NCBI GenBank assembly: GCA_030390025.1
Contig: CM059432.1
Span: 128,156,001 to 128,220,000 of the forward strand
Direction of reading: 5' to 3'
Origin: Squalus acanthias
Lineage: Eukaryota
DNA length: 64,000 nt
The notes beneath the pieces are model-generated. The model was not told the origin of the DNA. It saw only the letters and a list, made by a program, of their open reading frames with translations, and ran no database searches. The position numbers and the translations under genes were made by a program. Of the stretch, positions 60,572 through 64,000 are shown one piece after another (position 1 is the stretch's first letter; each line of letters opens with the position of its first letter).

Positions 60572-62650
60572 ACAATAACAACTGGCATAGGAAAATGTCC
60601 CAAGGTGCTTCACAGAAGCATAATCAGACAAAAGTTGACATAGCCAAAGAACGGTATATTAGGAATGGTGACTAAAAACTTGGTCAAAGAGGTAGGTCTT
60701 AAAGGAGGAGAGAGTGAGGCGGAGTGGTTTAGGGAGCAAATTCCAGAGCTTCGGGCCTAGATGGCTGAAGGCACGGCTGCCAATGGTGGAGTAAAGGGAG
60801 TGGGGGATGCGTAGGAAGCCAGAGTTGAAGGAACGCAACATTCATGGATGGTTGTAGGGCTGGAGGAAGTTTCAGAGATGGAAGTGGTGAGAACATGGAG
60901 GGATTTGAACACAAGGATAAGAATTTTAAAATCAATGCTAGACTGGGAGCCAATGTGTGGGGCAGTGTTCCCTATGCACCTCTCTGCCAGTCCCGGCAGC
61001 ATGGGACCGGCTTTTACACATGCGTGAAACTGTGAATGGGCTGTGCAGCCCCTTAAAGGGGCCACGCACCCAAAAATAATAAGAGGGAACATTGGGGATT
61101 GGTAAGCAGGTCTTGGTGTGGGTTAGGATACGGGCAGCAGAATTTTGGAGCTCAATTTTATTCGGGGAGGCTGGCCAGGAGGGTATTGGAATAGTTTAGT
61201 CTGGAGGTGACAAAAGCATGGATGAGGATTTCAGCAGCAGCTGGGCTGAGGCAGGGGTGGAGACGGGCAATGTTATGGAGGTGGAAGTAGGTGGTCTTTG
61301 TGATGGAGAGGATATGGGGTCAGAAGCTTAGGTCAGGGTCAAATAGGACCAAGGTTGCAAACAGTCTGCTTCAGCCTGAGACAGTGGCTGGAGAGCGGAA
61401 TGGAATCAATGTCGAGGGAACAGTGTTTGTGTGGGGACCGATGACGATGGCTTCAATCTTTCCAATGTTTAATTGGAGGAAATTACAGCTAATCCAGGAC
61501 TAGATGTTGGACAAACAGGCTGACAACACAAAGAGAGTGGACAGGTCAAGAGAGGTGGTGGAGAGGTAGAACTGGGTATTGTCAACACACAACCTGATGT
61601 CATTGTCTTTGGATGATGTCGCCAAGGGGCAGCATGTAGATGTGGAATAGAAGGGGGCCAAGGAATAGGTCCTTGGGGTCTTGAGAGCTGCAGGGTCAAG
61701 AAGTGAAGCCATTGCAGGAGATTCTTTGACTACGATTGGACAGATAAGAGTCAAACTAAACGAGAGCAGTCCCACTCAGCTACACAGCGGAGGAGAAGTG
61801 TTGGAGGAGGATGGTGTGGTTGACCCTCTCCTTGGCTACAGAGAGGTTGAGGAGGACGAGGGGGGATAGTGCACCATAGCCACCTTTGCAAGGACGGGGG
61901 TCAGGGATGGATTTTTTGAGGAGGGGGTGATGATGGCAGGTTAAAAGGGAAAGGGACCATAACCTGAGAATAGTGAACTGTTTAAAATGTCAGCTAGCAT
62001 GCGGCCCAGGAAGGAAAGTTGAGTGGTCAGCAGTTTAATGGGAATAGGTTCAAGAGAGCAGGAGGTGGGTCTCATGGACAAGGCAAGCTTGGAGAGGGCA
62101 CGAGGAGGAATAGGAGAGAAACTAGAGAAAAATGTGGATTCGGGGCTAGAGTGGGGGAACCTTGGGGAAAGTTTGGCCTGGTGGGCAAGGGGAAGGAGCA
62201 GCTGAACAGATGGTCTCAATCTTAGTAGCAGAGAAGTTCATGAGCTGCTTGCACATTTTTGGAGGCAAGGGTGGATGGGTCAGGGGAGGGGGTTTATTGA
62301 GATGGTTGGTAGTGGAGAAAATAAGTTAGGGGTTATCTTTGAATTCCAAGATGATCCTGGAATAGTAAGCAGTTTTGGCAAAGAAGAGCAGAGCCCAGCA
62401 GTGCTTGTGGTCCAGCCAGATCTGGCGATGAATGGCTAAACCAGTTGTGCGCCAGATACATTAATGTCTGTGCCCCTTGGGCTTGAAGGAGCGAAGACGG
62501 AGGCTGTACTGGGGGAACAATCAGGGTAAGAGGGAGTAAGGGTTTTACTGGGGACGGCGACATTGAAGGCAGAGTTGAGGGAGTGATTGAGCAGATTGAC
62601 AGCTGCAGAAGTATCGTGGTCAATGGAGGTCCAGTTGCACCCTGCCACAA
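60572..62650 (-). mobile_element. Decayed L2 LINE (ORF2 fragments and 3' end)
   Basis: Coding for DFKILILVFKSLH, RAFSHLGPKLWN.LP and PTSCSLEPIP.KLL; tail homologous to 37785-38478. Confidence 0.82.
60963..61094. mobile_element. Possible small hAT-type MITE inside the L2
   Basis: Termini cagtgttccct / agggaacattg interrupt the L2 sequence; no clear 8-bp TSD. Confidence 0.5.
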
Positions 62651-63322
62651 GTGGGGAGGTGGAAGCGCAAAGTGTAATTACTGTATGACAAGCTTATATA
62701 GTCAGTATCCATCAGAATTTATAATGGAGAAAAACATTGCCAAGAAGTGCAAGCAGATGTAAGATTTTTAATATAGATAAATTTTTCCAATAGATAGGTG
62801 AGAAATATTTTAAATAGAAAGTACTGGATTTCCTTACCCTTTTTAAATAGAATTCCATACCCAAATTAAGATAAGTACAACATTGAGAATCCAGAGCTGT
62901 ATTTGTACTTTTAATTAAGAAGGTGTGCTTGTCTTGTACAATTCCATTCTAAATGCAGGGATAGAATAACACACAACTTCAAGCTCCAACCAGTTTGTAT
63001 TGGCATATAGAATACTATAATCTTAATCTAGTTACTGACACTAATTTGTATAATCTCATGAACTAGTAAAATATTTTTTGTTAGTGCAAGTTTTTCATTT
63101 TTAGCATGCAACCATTATTCATTTTGGGGACATTATTAGCAGCCTTGTGCCACAATATGATGTCTTTCTTTTTGGTGAACATTGTGGCAATGTTAGAAAT
63201 ATCAACTCAATTTTTTATATTAATTTAAAAATATAAGATTTTACAATGAGTTATGTATGCAGTGTTTGACCTTGTCTTCCTGTGACAAAAAACTGCTTTG
63301 TGATATTAGCAAAATGGTTAAT

Positions 63323-63660
63323 GGCCCGGATTTTGCGGTCAGTGACAAAGGAACGGCAATCGCCGTTCATTACGCTTACAGCTTTACAGCTGCCCACAAA
63401 CTTTTTGTGGGCTTTTGAGCGGCACCTTACGGTTATTAGAGATCCTTTTCAGCACAGTGCCCACTACAGGGGATCTGTGGAGTGTGTGAGCAGGACAAGC
63501 AACAGTTGTCACTTCAACCAATCAGATTGAAGAATTCTCACTGAGACACGCAGAGTCTAAACCAGGAAGTATAAATTGGGATATTTAATTCAATGTAAAA
63601 TCATGCACAGAAAGCGAAAGAAAGATGGGATTAAGAGAGAGAGAGATAAGAGACAAAGAA
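63323..63660. mobile_element. Left part of a MITE related to 864-1625
   Basis: Starts ggcccggattttgcggtcag and shares the ccaatc.gattgaagaattctca..aaaccaggaagt block. Confidence 0.62.
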
Positions 63661-63927
63661 AACTCGCCAAGGCTTCTTCAGCAGCACCTCCCAAACCCGC
63701 GACCTCTACCACCTAGAAGGACAAGGGCAGCAGGCGCATGGGAACACCATCACCTGCAAGTTCCCCTCCAAGTCGCACACCATCCTGACTTGGAAATATA
63801 TCGCCGTCCCTTATTCGTCACTGGGTCAAAATCCTGGAACTCCCTCCCTAACAGCACTATGGGAGTACCTTCACCACACGGACTGCAGCGGTTCAAGAAG
63901 GCGGCTCACCACCACCTTCTCAAGGGT
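63661..63927 (+). mobile_element. LINE family X 3' fragment
   Basis: Coding for NSPRLLQQHLPNPRPLPPRRTRAAGAWEHHHLQVP.., near-identical to the other family X copies. Confidence 0.88.
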
Positions 63928-64000
63928 AATTCATTTACACCTGAATGCACAAGCCCTAACTTTTTAGAACTTAAGTAGTAGGAGCAGGGGTAGGCCATTC

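Noticed and set aside
55841..64000. Further ASAP1 exons (toward the SH3 domain)
   Set aside because: I could not find a convincing exon with matching peptide and splice sites. The next exon probably lies beyond the window, though a short diverged exon could have been missed.

Overview
Vertebrate nuclear DNA, most likely from a cartilaginous fish. This is inferred from the DeuSINE/SacSINE1-type SINEs, the esterase-ORF1 CR1 LINEs and the protein sequence. The window lies inside the + strand ASAP1 gene and contains eight GT-AG coding exons that splice in frame, covering the end of the ArfGAP domain, the ankyrin repeats and the start of the proline-rich region. The introns are packed with nested mobile elements: several CR1 families, a second CR1/L2-group LINE family, L2 remnants, DeuSINEs, and Harbinger, Tc1/pogo and possible hAT MITEs. 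Two elements stand out. (1) A young, almost perfect 2-kb palindrome (10059-12065) made of two head-to-head 3' fragments of a Penelope-like retroelement. Each arm encodes a GIY-YIG endonuclease domain and carries a minimal hammerhead ribozyme motif; one arm has an extra 37-nt tail, and a 15-bp target-site duplication flanks the insertion. (2) A PIF/Harbinger deletion derivative (13372-16633) that has lost its transposase core but keeps a three-exon Myb/SANT + heptad-repeat + AT-hook gene broken by one stop codon. No prokaryotic features (CRISPR arrays, operons) are present. All family assignments come from recognising motifs, not from database searches, and boundaries of decayed repeats are approximate.
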